In this document: one piece after another, positions 49,256 through 59,747 of the stretch
Layout: the number at the start of each line of letters is the position of its first letter
Numbering within the stretch: the stretch's first letter is position 1
Assembly (NCBI GenBank): GCA_964591455.1
Contig: CAZQDZ010000006.1
Location: forward strand, 55,098-119,097
Origin: an uncultured Saprospiraceae bacterium
Lineage (GTDB): Bacteria > Bacteroidota > Bacteroidia > Chitinophagales > Saprospiraceae
Direction of reading: 5' to 3'
Length of the DNA: 64,000 bases
Translations under genes and position numbers: made by a program
Notes under the pieces: generated by a model
What the model was told of the DNA's origin: nothing
The model's input: only the letters and a program-made list of their open reading frames with translations
The model's database searches: none

Positions 49256-49311
49256 AATTAATTGATCTAATTATCTGAAATAATGAGATTGATTATAGGG
49301 TATTATTTTTT

Positions 49312-52300
49312 TTATAAATGGGATTCAATGATGGCTCTTTCTACAGCCTCCTTGTCTGGTTTAACGCCAGTCCATAGCCAGGTAGCATATACTTTAACTG
49401 TGTTTTTCAGCGCCAATAGTAAAGGCAATAAAAACAAAGTCATAAATGTCGCATAAGCTATACCGTAGGCTACAGATATTGCCATTGGTATCAAGAATTG
49501 AGCTGAAAAAGTTTTTTCAAAAATGAGCGGAGCAAGACCAGCTACAGTAGTGAGTGAGGTAAGAAAAATCGCTCTAAATCTCGATCTACCAGCTTCTACC
49601 ATTGCCTTGTGATAAGGCATCCCACTTTTCAGTAGTAAATTGAATTTTTCTATAAGCACCAGCCCATCATTAACAAGGATGCCTATTAATGCAACAATGC
49701 CCAGTCCAGAGAGAATATTGATACTCTGACCATGTAGCCAATGACCCCAGGCGACACCAACAAAACTGAATGGAATTAATACAAACAACAACAATGGCTG
49801 TCCATAGGACCTAAATACAAATGCGATTACTGCATACATGAGTAATAGAACGACAGGGAGTACTCTATTTATAGCCTTGCCGATATTGGCGAAGCCTCTG
49901 TTTTGTCCTTCGTAAAATGGTTTTACTGTTGGGTACTTGCTGATTATATCAGATATGACGCCTTCCTTTAGTTCAGAAATTACTTCAGGGGCAGAGTCTT
50001 TTATGTTTGTTAGATCACCTTCTACTCTAATCTCTCTTTGACCATCTAAGTGATTGATAACTACATCTCCTCTTTCAATGGTATAACTGGCGATCTCGGT
50101 AAGAGGAACCCTATTGCCTGACGGTGTCACAATGCGCATCCTGTCCAGGTCTTTAATGCTTTGCCTATTAGAACGATCGTATCTAACCCATACGCGTATC
50201 TCATCTCTTCCTCTCTGGAATCGCTGAACGGAAGCACCAAAGAATCCTGCTCTTACTTGAGACAATACAGTGTTGAGATTCAAGCCAAGTAGATATGCAT
50301 TTTCTTTTAAGTTGATTTTAATCTCCTTGATGCCTGCAGGGTCGTTATCAGTAACATCAGCTATCCTTGGGTTACTTTGCATTTCAGCTTTAAGTTCCTT
50401 TTTTGCTTGCTTTAGTTCGGAGATATTATTACCTACCAATGAGATAGACACTGCTTTGCCACCAAATGAATTACCTGAACCAAATACAACGCTTTCGGCG
50501 TCGTGTATAGGCCCAAGGGCCTGCCTTATTTTATTGGAAATTTCTGATGACCGTAAATCTCTATTTTCACCTGGCAATAAATTGATTGTTAGTGAAGCGT
50601 TTGCAGATCCTGGTCCTAGTCTCCTAATTGTGTTTTCTACTATTTGTAATTCGTCCGTTTGTGATTGACTTAGATCTTTGTTGACGTCCCATGTGACTTT
50701 TTCTATAATCGTTATCAGCGAATCTGTAATCTCCTCACTAGTCCCTTCTTGCATCTTGAGATTGATGGCAATCCGGTCTGAGGCCACATTCGGGAAAAAG
50801 GTAAATCTGATGATTCCCCCTTGAAATGCGCCTATGGTCAAAAGCAAAAGCGCAATAGGAATAGAAAATCCAAATACGCTAAAATTGAGCACAAATCTCA
50901 ACATTGGGACATAGATTCTATCTCTGATCCAACTTATTACTTTATCTGCCCAAACATTTAAAATAAATGGTTTTGAGTTTTTATTTAAAGCCTTAGAATG
51001 TGAAAGATGTGCAGGCAATATAAGAAAGGCCTCTATCAGTGAGATTAATAATATTATTCCGACCACCTTGGCTATCTGTCCAAAAAATGATCCGAGTCTT
51101 TCGGGTAAAAAGATGAATGTAGAAAAAGCGATTACTGTGGTAAGGATTGCTGCAATGATTGGCGGCATCACTTGGAGGGTTCCATCTACTGCTGCTTGAA
51201 ACTTTGATTTGCCATTCTCGAATTGGTTATAAATGTTCTCAGCGATTACAATGCCATCATCTACTAATATACCTATCACAATGATCATCCCAAATAATGA
51301 AATCAGATTGATGGTCATGAAACTTGGTGCAAAAATGAACAGGCCTAAGAAAGAAAATGGTAATCCCACTGCCACCCAAAATGCGATACTGGGCTTCAAG
51401 AAAATCGACAAAAAGAGTAAGACGAGAAATATCCCTATCATGCCATTTTCTATAAGTAGTCCCTGTCTATTATTGAGCGCAATAGAGGAGTCAGCACTAA
51501 TATTTAATTGCATGACCTCACGCTTCTCATTAAAGTCAATAATGTATTCTTTGACTTTGTCTGTTGCAGAGAGAAGGTCTTCATTGTTGGTCGTGCTGAC
51601 ATTGAATTGTATAGCCGGCATTCCATTAAAATGAATCCTATCTGGAATTTCAGACCATTTATCTCTCACGTTGGCCACATCCTTCAATCTAATAATTTGA
51701 CCAGAGTTACTGGCCTTGACGACTATGTAATCTAGTTCGTCTCCAAAATAAGATCTGTTGTTAGCTCGTATGAGATATTCTTCTGAATCTGTCAGTATTT
51801 TCCCACCTGTAGAAATAAGGTTGGTGTTTCTGACAGCCGCCGCCACCTCTGCGAAGGTTAAGTCAAAAGCTATTAGGTCGCTTTCTCTTACTGCTATTTC
51901 TATTTCTTCTGTTGGGAATCCACTAAGTACAAGTTGTGATATTCCTGGAATGGCTCGTATGTCATCTTCTACTGTTCTGGCAACATTCTTTAAGGTTCTA
52001 AGCGGTACTCCTTCGGCACTCAATGTAAACTCTATAGCTCTATTAATATTTTCCTGTTTGGATATTACTGGGGGCTCCATGTCTACGGGAAAGGAGGGTA
52101 CTCGATCGACGGCATTTTTTACATTAGCCAGCACTATGTCAATATCTGCATCTTCTTCTATTTCCACAGTTACTGTAGCCGTGTTTTCTTGTGAGACTGA
52201 AGTGACTCTGTCTATATCCACCAAGCCCCTTAAGTTATCTTCTATCTTAAGTATTACCCCTTCTTCTATTTCTACTGGGGAAGCACCAGGGTAGGTGATA

Positions 52301-52446
52301 TTGATAAATATTAAATCTGAATCCTCTAATGGGAAAAATGATGACTTGGTATTTTTCAAACCCATAAGTCCAAATACCATAATAGACAGCATAATCACAT
52401 TAACTGCAACAGGATATTTGATAAAGAACGAAATAAATTTTCTCAT
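49312..52446 (-). CDS. RND efflux transporter permease (AcrB/HAE family)
   Basis: 1044 aa with the 12-TM plus two large periplasmic loops layout. ACR_tran-like N-terminus (MRKFISFFIKYPVAVNVIMLSI). Confidence 0.9.
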   Translation of the reverse strand: MRKFISFFIKYPVAVNVIMLSIMVFGLMGLKNTKSSFFPLEDSDLIFINITYPGASPVEIEEGVILKIEDNLRGLVDIDRVTSVSQENTATVTVEIEEDADIDIVLANVKNAVDRVPSFPVDMEPPVISKQENINRAIEFTLSAEGVPLRTLKNVARTVEDDIRAIPGISQLVLSGFPTEEIEIAVRESDLIAFDLTFAEVAAAVRNTNLISTGGKILTDSEEYLIRANNRSYFGDELDYIVVKASNSGQIIRLKDVANVRDKWSEIPDRIHFNGMPAIQFNVSTTNNEDLLSATDKVKEYIIDFNEKREVMQLNISADSSIALNNRQGLLIENGMIGIFLVLLFLSIFLKPSIAFWVAVGLPFSFLGLFIFAPSFMTINLISLFGMIIVIGILVDDGIVIAENIYNQFENGKSKFQAAVDGTLQVMPPIIAAILTTVIAFSTFIFLPERLGSFFGQIAKVVGIILLISLIEAFLILPAHLSHSKALNKNSKPFILNVWADKVISWIRDRIYVPMLRFVLNFSVFGFSIPIALLLLTIGAFQGGIIRFTFFPNVASDRIAINLKMQEGTSEEITDSLITIIEKVTWDVNKDLSQSQTDELQIVENTIRRLGPGSANASLTINLLPGENRDLRSSEISNKIRQALGPIHDAESVVFGSGNSFGGKAVSISLVGNNISELKQAKKELKAEMQSNPRIADVTDNDPAGIKEIKINLKENAYLLGLNLNTVLSQVRAGFFGASVQRFQRGRDEIRVWVRYDRSNRQSIKDLDRMRIVTPSGNRVPLTEIASYTIERGDVVINHLDGQREIRVEGDLTNIKDSAPEVISELKEGVISDIISKYPTVKPFYEGQNRGFANIGKAINRVLPVVLLLMYAVIAFVFRSYGQPLLLFVLIPFSFVGVAWGHWLHGQSINILSGLGIVALIGILVNDGLVLIEKFNLLLKSGMPYHKAMVEAGRSRFRAIFLTSLTTVAGLAPLIFEKTFSAQFLIPMAISVAYGIAYATFMTLFLLPLLLALKNTVKVYATWLWTGVKPDKEAVERAIIESHL

Positions 52447-52488
52447 GGATGATTGCTAACTATTGGAGTGTAGTTCTGAAAAGGGTGA

Positions 52489-53601
52489 TTAGTTTTCTTT
52501 GTAGCGTTGTACAGTCATGCCATCAAAAGCGCCAGGAATGACTCTGCTGAGTATTTCTATGCCTTCAGGTAAGTCCTTGAGTACAGCTTCATTTTCCGTA
52601 AAGTGGACGATGTCTGCATCTATGAGTTCTAATTTGTCTTTATTGATTTTGTAAATTTTATTATTATCCACTAATAGTTTCCGAGAGATTGTGTAGGTGT
52701 TTTTTTCATTCTTTGTCTGTAGACTGGCTTCCAAGTACATGCCTTCCCTAAGTCCTGAACCATTGACGCGTATGTATGCCTGTATTGTTTGTGTGTTAGG
52801 GTCTACCAAACTATTGACTCTACTAACTTTGCCTTTCCATGTGTTGGTTTTTTCTACATCTTGAAGGGTCACTTGATTGCCGACATTGAGAAGACTGGCA
52901 TAAGCAGAATTGACAGCAACTTCTAATTCATAGATATTTGGATTTATAAATTCTCCAAGTTTTTGTCCAGGTCTCACAAGTACACCTTTGTCTATATTGG
53001 CTTCTGTGAGAATGCCATCATAAGGCGCAGTGATTGTATACTTTGCAGAACGTTCCTCCAGATTTTTCACCATATACCAATTGGTGCTAATATTCCTGTT
53101 TGCAATAAATAACTTTTCCTTAGTAGTAGTTGGCTCAGGAAATTTCTTCAGTGGTGCTTCTAGTTTGAAACTTTCCACATAACTAAACCAAACGTCGTAG
53201 GCTTCAGGATAATCAAATTTCAAATCTGGTAAAAGTCCAACGACTTGATTGTACAAACTACTTTTTTGTGACTTAAGGTTGGCTCTATGTTCATCACTAT
53301 TGAGCTTAATGAGGACAGCGCCAGCGGGGTAGTAAATGCCAGGCTTAAAAGACTTTTCGCTATAATCGAATATTCCCTGTACTTCTGAATAGATTTCGAT
53401 TCTATCTCTTGCAGATAGATTACCACTGGCTGTTATAGTTATAGGCATAGTACTGTTAGATACAGACTCGCTAAAAGCAACTGGGATGGACTTTGGTGTC
53501 TTCTTGGGAGTAGGTTTTTCTCTGCTTCCCATTTTCTTCATACCAAAGTAACCAACAGCAATAATCAGTAAGCCAATAGCACTTATGATAATTTGTCTCA
53601 T
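52489..53601 (-). CDS. RND efflux periplasmic adaptor (membrane fusion protein, HlyD family)
   Basis: 370 aa with an N-terminal anchor and a lipoyl/beta-barrel layout. It lies directly upstream of the RND pump. Confidence 0.85.
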   Translation of the reverse strand: MRQIIISAIGLLIIAVGYFGMKKMGSREKPTPKKTPKSIPVAFSESVSNSTMPITITASGNLSARDRIEIYSEVQGIFDYSEKSFKPGIYYPAGAVLIKLNSDEHRANLKSQKSSLYNQVVGLLPDLKFDYPEAYDVWFSYVESFKLEAPLKKFPEPTTTKEKLFIANRNISTNWYMVKNLEERSAKYTITAPYDGILTEANIDKGVLVRPGQKLGEFINPNIYELEVAVNSAYASLLNVGNQVTLQDVEKTNTWKGKVSRVNSLVDPNTQTIQAYIRVNGSGLREGMYLEASLQTKNEKNTYTISRKLLVDNNKIYKINKDKLELIDADIVHFTENEAVLKDLPEGIEILSRVIPGAFDGMTVQRYKEN

Positions 53602-53844
53602 GTAAGTTGTGATTGAGATTCTAAATGCAAGTTAAGATTTATGTTGTGATTACAGGCGGAAGCGGTATTTTGTTCAATAGATAGGCTACTCCAGTTAATA
53701 CTAGAATAAAAGAACTGGTTGTTCCTTATCTTAACTTATCGTCCTTTCTGAATGGTATATGGTATATAGAAGTTCTCAAAACCAAGAACTTTGTATAGAC
53801 TTATAAACTTTAGAACATTTTGGCTGAATAAGCATTTTCTATTT

Positions 53845-54495
53845 ATGCATATGAAAGTTATTATAATTCTATTGACGGGTATCGCCGTATTGTTGTTGCT
53901 CTCACAATGCAAATCTTCTCGTGTTTCAGAAAGTCCTACTAATGTACCTAGCGCTGACCCGCCCACATTTCAGGAAGCAGATAGGCAATTTGCAGATGTC
54001 TATAAAATCCTTGACGGTACTTGGAAAGGAGAATTTATAATCTATGAAGATGCCAACCCAAGAGCACTGAGTGATATCAATTTGACCGAATTGACTTTAG
54101 ACCATATTAAATCTCCATCTCTCAAGGAAGTCAATCGAATTAATGTCACTCAAGTCTATACCTCTGAATCCCCATACTTCCAAAGAGTCAAGATCACAGA
54201 CTATTATCCGGACTCTGGTAAAGAAGAGATAGCCACAGGTGTTAATAAAGTAGAAAATGGACAGATGTGGTGCATAGTCAATAAACCCAAAGAGACCATC
54301 ATTCATGAAGGCAGTAGACTAGAAGATAACGGCATCATCTGGCAATCCAATCAAAAATCTCCACAAAAGATAGAGTACTTCCAAGAGACCGTGGGCGCAG
54401 ATTACTATGAGATTATAGGTTATGGCTACTATTCAGGTGACGATGCGACGCTAAGCCCTAAGTTGTGGTTCTATAGCAGATATGAGCGGCAATGA
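53845..54495 (+). CDS. Hypothetical lipoprotein
   Basis: ATG at 53845 or 53851 gives MHMKVIIILLTGIAVLLLLSQC (lipobox). The track start at TTG 53791 is unnecessary. No family recognised. Confidence 0.55.
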   Translation: MHMKVIIILLTGIAVLLLLSQCKSSRVSESPTNVPSADPPTFQEADRQFADVYKILDGTWKGEFIIYEDANPRALSDINLTELTLDHIKSPSLKEVNRINVTQVYTSESPYFQRVKITDYYPDSGKEEIATGVNKVENGQMWCIVNKPKETIIHEGSRLEDNGIIWQSNQKSPQKIEYFQETVGADYYEIIGYGYYSGDDATLSPKLWFYSRYERQ

Positions 54496-54639
54496 ATGGA
54501 TTCAGATTCCTATTGTTTTTGAGAACTTTCTAAACCTATAGGCAAACACGAGGCAGAACAATTATTTAGACTAAATCTAAATAAGCTATACTGCCTTTAT
54601 ACTCTATCTGTGCGGACAGAGACACATACAAAAGAATCA

Positions 54640-54647
54640 TATATTTG
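54640..54647 (+). promoter_or_regulatory. Candidate Bacteroidota -7 promoter box (TAnnTTTG) upstream of nqrA
   Basis: TATATTTG lies 83 nt upstream of the nqrA ATG. No convincing -33 TTTG partner was seen, so support is weak. Confidence 0.3.
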
Positions 54648-54729
54648 CGGTGATTTTTGGGGGCCTCTAACTACTTATTCTTTAGACAGGCAGCCCAATT
54701 AATAACAATGTAGAAACTCATATATCAGT

Positions 54730-56271
54730 ATGCTATTAGCAGCTCTACTTCTGATTGCAGTCGTACTTATCCTTGCATCAGTCCTCACCGTCTCTGACAA
54801 TCTCATTCAAATAGAAGCAAAACAACATGGAATTGACACTGAGAAGAACAATCTCAGCATTTTTCCTAGTCTAAGCAATCTAGTCGGAAAACCCGCACCA
54901 AAATTTGCAGATAAAACTGCTTATCATAACCTCAGTAAGGGTCATGATATCAAGCTGGCTGGAAAAGCGACAATTACCACAGACAAAGTCTCTGTGAGTA
55001 GATTTGCACTTAAGCCAACAGATTATAGAGGTATTGCCCCGATTCCTAAGATGGAAGTGGCCGTTGGAGACGAAGTTAAAGCAGGAGAACCCATATTCTT
55101 CGATAAGCAGAGTCCTGACATAAAGTATGTTGCTCCAGTGAGTGGCGAATTGGTAGAGTTAAGAAGAGGCGCTAAGAGAGCCGTCACTCATATAGTAATC
55201 TTGGCAGATAAAGAACAGCAATACCACCAAAACGAGGTAATCAATCTTTCTTCTTCCAAGAGAGAAGAGATTGTGTCATACTTAATGGCTTCAGGAGGGT
55301 GGACACTTATGAATCAAAGACCCTTTGATATCATACCTGATCCAGCGATAACACCAGATAATATATTTATATCGGCATTCAGCACTGCGCCTTTAGCACC
55401 TGACTATAGTCATCTTGTAGAAGGCAGGGCTAATGATTTGCAATCAGCGGTAGATGTGCTTAATGCGCTTACTTCTGGCAAAGTGTACATTGGATTAGAT
55501 GGCAGGGGAGTCACACCTAATACAGCATTGACAGAGATTACTGGTGCGGAAAAGCACTATTTCAATGGAAAACATCCTGCTGGAAATGTAGGGGTGCAAA
55601 TACATCACGTAGCTCCGATTAAGAATACTGGTGCTGTATGGACCATGACATTAGAGAATGCTTTGACCTTAGGTCATCTTATAAGGACTGGAAAATATAA
55701 CTCGAGCAAGGTAGTGGCACTGACAGGTGCCCAATTTGAGGCACCGCAATTAGTCAAGACCTTTGCGGGTGCAAGTATAGATGAGCTGACAAAAGGAAAT
55801 ATAAAATCAGGTGGCACAACCAGACTGATAGAAGGGGATGTGCTTTCTGGAAAGACTCTGAGCACAGATGATTTCTTAGGTAATGGCATCAGTCAAATTA
55901 CCTCTATTAAAGAAGGAGATAACTATGAGCTTTTTGGTTGGTTATTACCAGTAAAGCCGAGACCTTCTATATCCAAGTCTATGCCTGGCTTTTTAATGCC
56001 TGGAATGGAATATGAGGCCAATACAAATACTCACGGAGAGAAGCGGGCTTTTGTGGTCACTGGACAATATGAGAAAATGATACCAATGGATATCCTCCCA
56101 CAGCATCTGATGAAAGCAATCATGGCTGGAGATATAGAACGGATGGAAGGACTTGGAATCAATGAGTTGTCAGAAGAAGATGTGGCCTTGGCAGAGTTTG
56201 CCTGCACATCTAAGATGCCTCTTCAGGAGATTCTTAGAGATGGTCTAGACATGATGAGAGAGCAAGCGTAA
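54730..56271 (+). CDS. nqrA: Na+-translocating NADH:quinone oxidoreductase subunit A, with ~65-aa N-terminal extension containing a TM helix
   Basis: From HNLSKGHDIKLAGKA onward it is colinear with my recollection of Vibrio NqrA (ITIKKGLDLPIAG...; PVSGELVELRRGAKR; HPAGNVG; EEDVALAEFACTSK). It is the first gene of nqrA-F. Confidence 0.9.
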   Translation: MLLAALLLIAVVLILASVLTVSDNLIQIEAKQHGIDTEKNNLSIFPSLSNLVGKPAPKFADKTAYHNLSKGHDIKLAGKATITTDKVSVSRFALKPTDYRGIAPIPKMEVAVGDEVKAGEPIFFDKQSPDIKYVAPVSGELVELRRGAKRAVTHIVILADKEQQYHQNEVINLSSSKREEIVSYLMASGGWTLMNQRPFDIIPDPAITPDNIFISAFSTAPLAPDYSHLVEGRANDLQSAVDVLNALTSGKVYIGLDGRGVTPNTALTEITGAEKHYFNGKHPAGNVGVQIHHVAPIKNTGAVWTMTLENALTLGHLIRTGKYNSSKVVALTGAQFEAPQLVKTFAGASIDELTKGNIKSGGTTRLIEGDVLSGKTLSTDDFLGNGISQITSIKEGDNYELFGWLLPVKPRPSISKSMPGFLMPGMEYEANTNTHGEKRAFVVTGQYEKMIPMDILPQHLMKAIMAGDIERMEGLGINELSEEDVALAEFACTSKMPLQEILRDGLDMMREQA

Positions 56272-56309
56272 TCTAACAAATAGTAAAATCACAGAACCAA
56301 GTAATACAC

Positions 56310-57611
56310 ATGGGTTTACTCAGTTTCTTAAAGAAAATAGAACCAGATAAAAAGAAAAGTCCATTCTTACACACGTTGTATGATGGCTTTTTCACTTTTG
56401 CATATGCACCTAATACGGTAACAAAAGGTGGGGTACATATCCGTGACGGTATGGACTTAAAGCGGACGATGGTAATTGTCGTATTGGCTATGCAGTTGTG
56501 TTACATATTTGGTACGTATAATATAGGTCATCAGCACTTTGTTGCCGCTGGTCAGTATTTGGGATTCCTAGAAGGGTTTCATCTAAAGTTGGCTCATGGG
56601 CTCATTAAGCTCCTTCCGATATTCGTGGTGACACACGTGGTCGGATTAGGTATAGAGTTCTGGTTCGCCGCGAAGAAAGGGCATCCCATAGAAGAAGGGT
56701 TTCTGGTCTCTGGTGCACTCATACCATTAATCATGCCGCCAGATATCCCAATGTGGATACTGGCAGTGGCCGTCGCTTTTGCTGTGATTTTAGGAAAAGA
56801 AGCTTTTGGAGGTACAGGAATGAATATTTGGAATGTCGCCTTACTCGCAAGGGTATTTGTATTCTTCGCTTACCCAACGACAATATCTGGAGATGAGGTA
56901 TGGGTATCAGGTTATGAAGGATTAGGTGCTGGAATGGCAGCTGATTATGGATGGGCGCATGGATTGTTAGATAACTTATTTGGATGGATGGATCTGCCCA
57001 CCTTTGGCGCTGGAGCTGCGGTCGTAGATGGCTATTCTGGTGCCACGCCACTGGCCTTGGCTTATCAAGGTGGATGGGAGAATGTCACCAGCCAATTTAG
57101 TGTGTCCCAGATGTGGTGGGGTGCCATACCTGGTTCTATAGGAGAAACAAGTAAGCCACTTATTATTATAGGGGCACTCGCATTATTAGCTACAGGAATT
57201 GCTAGCTGGCGTATTATGGTCAGTATGTTTGTAGGAGCAGCTATCATGGCTATGCTTCTAAATGCCTGGGGAGCGACACCATTTATGACAGTGCCTTGGT
57301 ACTATCAGTTCTATATCGGAAGTTTCTTTTTTGCTATGGCATTTATGGCAACAGATCCGGTTACCGCCGCCTCGACCAATAAAGGTAAGCTTGTCTATGG
57401 ATTTCTAATCGGTATGATAGGTATGCTTATCCGTGTAATTAATCCAGCATACCCTGAAGGATGGATGTTAGCCATCTTATTCCTCAATACATTCGCCCCA
57501 CTCATAGATCACTATGTAATAGAAGGCAATATCAAGAAAAGGATGAAAGCTTCTGTATCTGAGGTTAGTAGTACCACTCATTCACAACAAAATGAAATAA
57601 CACATGCATAG
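56310..57611 (+). CDS. nqrB: Na+-NQR subunit B
   Basis: Polytopic; FMN-attachment SGAT motif (GYSGATPLA); FMATDPVTA motif. Confidence 0.92.
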   Translation: MGLLSFLKKIEPDKKKSPFLHTLYDGFFTFAYAPNTVTKGGVHIRDGMDLKRTMVIVVLAMQLCYIFGTYNIGHQHFVAAGQYLGFLEGFHLKLAHGLIKLLPIFVVTHVVGLGIEFWFAAKKGHPIEEGFLVSGALIPLIMPPDIPMWILAVAVAFAVILGKEAFGGTGMNIWNVALLARVFVFFAYPTTISGDEVWVSGYEGLGAGMAADYGWAHGLLDNLFGWMDLPTFGAGAAVVDGYSGATPLALAYQGGWENVTSQFSVSQMWWGAIPGSIGETSKPLIIIGALALLATGIASWRIMVSMFVGAAIMAMLLNAWGATPFMTVPWYYQFYIGSFFFAMAFMATDPVTAASTNKGKLVYGFLIGMIGMLIRVINPAYPEGWMLAILFLNTFAPLIDHYVIEGNIKKRMKASVSEVSSTTHSQQNEITHA

Positions 57612-58344
57612 TACATCATCTGTATTACGATTTGTTATCATCATGACATCCATCGTGGCTATGCTTCTGGCTTTGCTACAAAATGGACTCAAGTCAAGAC
57701 ACGATGCTAATGAGGCTGTCTACAGCAAGAAAGCCACTCTTGGCGCCATTGCAGACCACCTAGGAATAGACTATGGTGATATTACTAATGAGCAAGTAGA
57801 AGAAATATTTGCTACTAGTATAGAGCAGATTGTCATCAACCAAGATGGAAAAATCTTTTCCCAAGAGGATGTAGAATCTATGGGTTATAAAGGGGGCATG
57901 GCTGCCGACATAGATATGGCGAAAGAACATAAGAAAGGAGACGATAAATTGTTACCACTTTTTATATACACAAAAGATGACGGTAAGAAGTATTATATCT
58001 TGTACGCAAGAGGTAAAGGACTCTGGGATGAGATTTGGGGCTGTGTGGCACTTCAGGATGATTTTAATACCATAGCAGGTGTATCATTTGACCATAAGGC
58101 GGAGACTCCTGGTTTGGGTGCAGAGATAAAAGATAATAAAGCTTGGGTAAAGCAATTTATAGGCAAGAAAATATATGATGATGCTGATTTCAAATCAGTA
58201 TACGTTAGAAAAGGCGGTGCTAAAGACGATGTATATGAAGTAGATGGTATATCAGGCGCAACGATTACAGGTGACGGGGTTACAGATATGCTGACCGACT
58301 ATCTCATAGATTACGAGACTTATTTAGAAACATTAAAAAGCTAA
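57604..58344 (+). CDS. nqrC: Na+-NQR subunit C
   Basis: Single N-terminal TM segment and the FMN-attachment motif DGISGATITG. Confidence 0.92.
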   Translation: MHSTSSVLRFVIIMTSIVAMLLALLQNGLKSRHDANEAVYSKKATLGAIADHLGIDYGDITNEQVEEIFATSIEQIVINQDGKIFSQEDVESMGYKGGMAADIDMAKEHKKGDDKLLPLFIYTKDDGKKYYILYARGKGLWDEIWGCVALQDDFNTIAGVSFDHKAETPGLGAEIKDNKAWVKQFIGKKIYDDADFKSVYVRKGGAKDDVYEVDGISGATITGDGVTDMLTDYLIDYETYLETLKS

Positions 58345-58380
58345 GGGTCATCAGACCTCTCAGATTATAACTAAACTATT

Positions 58381-59076
58381 ATGGCAGATATAGCAGTAGT
58401 AGAAAAAAAAGAAGCAATAAAATTCGGTAAGAAAGAGCGAAAGTTACTTACTGACCCATTGGATGACAATAACCCGATTACGGTACAGGTACTAGGTATC
58501 TGTTCTGCATTGGCAGTAACTACGGGTATGAAAAATGCAGCAGTCATGGCCGTCGCAGTGGTTTTTGTATGCCTGTTCTCCAATGTGATTACTTCTGCAT
58601 TGAGAAACTTCATACCAAAGCAGGTAAGGATGATTGTGCAGCTTGTGATCATTGCCACATTAGTAACCGTGGTGGAGTTAACCTTGAAGGCATATGCTTT
58701 CGAAAGTTATAAGCAGCTATCTGTTTTCATTGGACTAATCATCACCAACTGTATAGTTATGGGTAGGTTAGAAGCCTTTGCGATGGCGAACAGACCTTAT
58801 GAGTCAGCATTAGATGGACTGGGTAACGGTATTGGATATGGGGTTATATTATTGATAGTGGCATTCTTTAGAGAGTTTTTTGGTAAAGGTGAAATCTTTG
58901 GTGCAAAGATTATAGGTGCCGCACCTGAGTATTGGATAAATACTTTAGAGAGTACCTGGTTTGGTTGGTATCAAGGAAATAACCTTATGGTCCTATTCCC
59001 TTCTGCCATGTTTGTGATTGCTGTTTTGATATGGGCTCATAGAGCTTGGAATCCTAAGCTGGTAGACATATCATAA
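58381..59076 (+). CDS. nqrD: Na+-NQR subunit D
   Basis: 231 aa. NqrD/RnfE-family six-TM protein (NPITVQVLGICSALAVT). Confidence 0.92.
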   Translation: MADIAVVEKKEAIKFGKKERKLLTDPLDDNNPITVQVLGICSALAVTTGMKNAAVMAVAVVFVCLFSNVITSALRNFIPKQVRMIVQLVIIATLVTVVELTLKAYAFESYKQLSVFIGLIITNCIVMGRLEAFAMANRPYESALDGLGNGIGYGVILLIVAFFREFFGKGEIFGAKIIGAAPEYWINTLESTWFGWYQGNNLMVLFPSAMFVIAVLIWAHRAWNPKLVDIS

Positions 59077-59113
59077 TTTTAAATTAATTAGAATCAAATA
59101 AAAGAAGAGCCTC

Positions 59114-59719
59114 ATGGGAGAACTCGCAAATATATTTATCAAGTCCGCATTCATAGAAAATTTGGCTTTGTCATATTTCCTAGGAATGTGTTCATATCTA
59201 GCGGTATCTAAAACCGTTAAGACGGCATTTGGTCTTGGGCTAGCGGTCATATTTGTATTAGGCATCACGATGCCAATCAATTGGGTTATCGATACTTACT
59301 TACTAGGTGAGAGCGGCATCTTTGCTACTGACTTGACGTTTTTAAGATTTATCTTATTCATTGCTGTAATAGCATCTATGGTGCAATTGGTAGAAATGGT
59401 TGTGGAGAAGTATTCACCATCACTCTATAACTCATTGGGTATATTCTTACCGCTGATTACGGTGAACTGTGCGATTCTTGGTGGTTCTTTATTTATGGTA
59501 TCTAAAGAGTATAACTTCAGTGAAGCTGTGGCTTTTGGGTTAGGTGGTGGCTTTGGATGGTTCTTAGCGATTATAGCTATAGCAGCCATCAGAGAAAAAA
59601 TAAAATATTCAGATGTACCGCCAGCAATGAGAGGTTTAGGAATGGCCTTCTTGCTTACAGGTATGATGGGAATGGCCTTTATGGGGCTGATGGGTATAGA
59701 TCCAGCAGCATTTAAATAA
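59114..59719 (+). CDS. nqrE: Na+-NQR subunit E
   Basis: 201 aa. NqrE/RnfA family (ENLALSYFLGMCSYLAVS ... ITVNCAILGG). Confidence 0.92.
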   Translation: MGELANIFIKSAFIENLALSYFLGMCSYLAVSKTVKTAFGLGLAVIFVLGITMPINWVIDTYLLGESGIFATDLTFLRFILFIAVIASMVQLVEMVVEKYSPSLYNSLGIFLPLITVNCAILGGSLFMVSKEYNFSEAVAFGLGGGFGWFLAIIAIAAIREKIKYSDVPPAMRGLGMAFLLTGMMGMAFMGLMGIDPAAFK

Positions 59720-59747
59720 TGACAATTTAATTTGTAATTAGATATAG

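Noticed and set aside
53768-53791. Imperfect inverted repeat GAAGTTCT-n8-AGAACTTT and the tandem TGGTATA TGGTATA in the divergent spacer upstream of the RND operon, considered as a possible TetR-type operator.
   Set aside because: Only 7 of 8 bp pair, no regulator gene is adjacent, and such short AT-rich repeats are common by chance in this spacer.
53736-53966. 76-aa minus-strand ORF overlapping the start of the 53845 lipoprotein gene.
   Set aside because: It overlaps a better-supported plus-strand gene with a signal peptide and lipobox. No motif; likely spurious.
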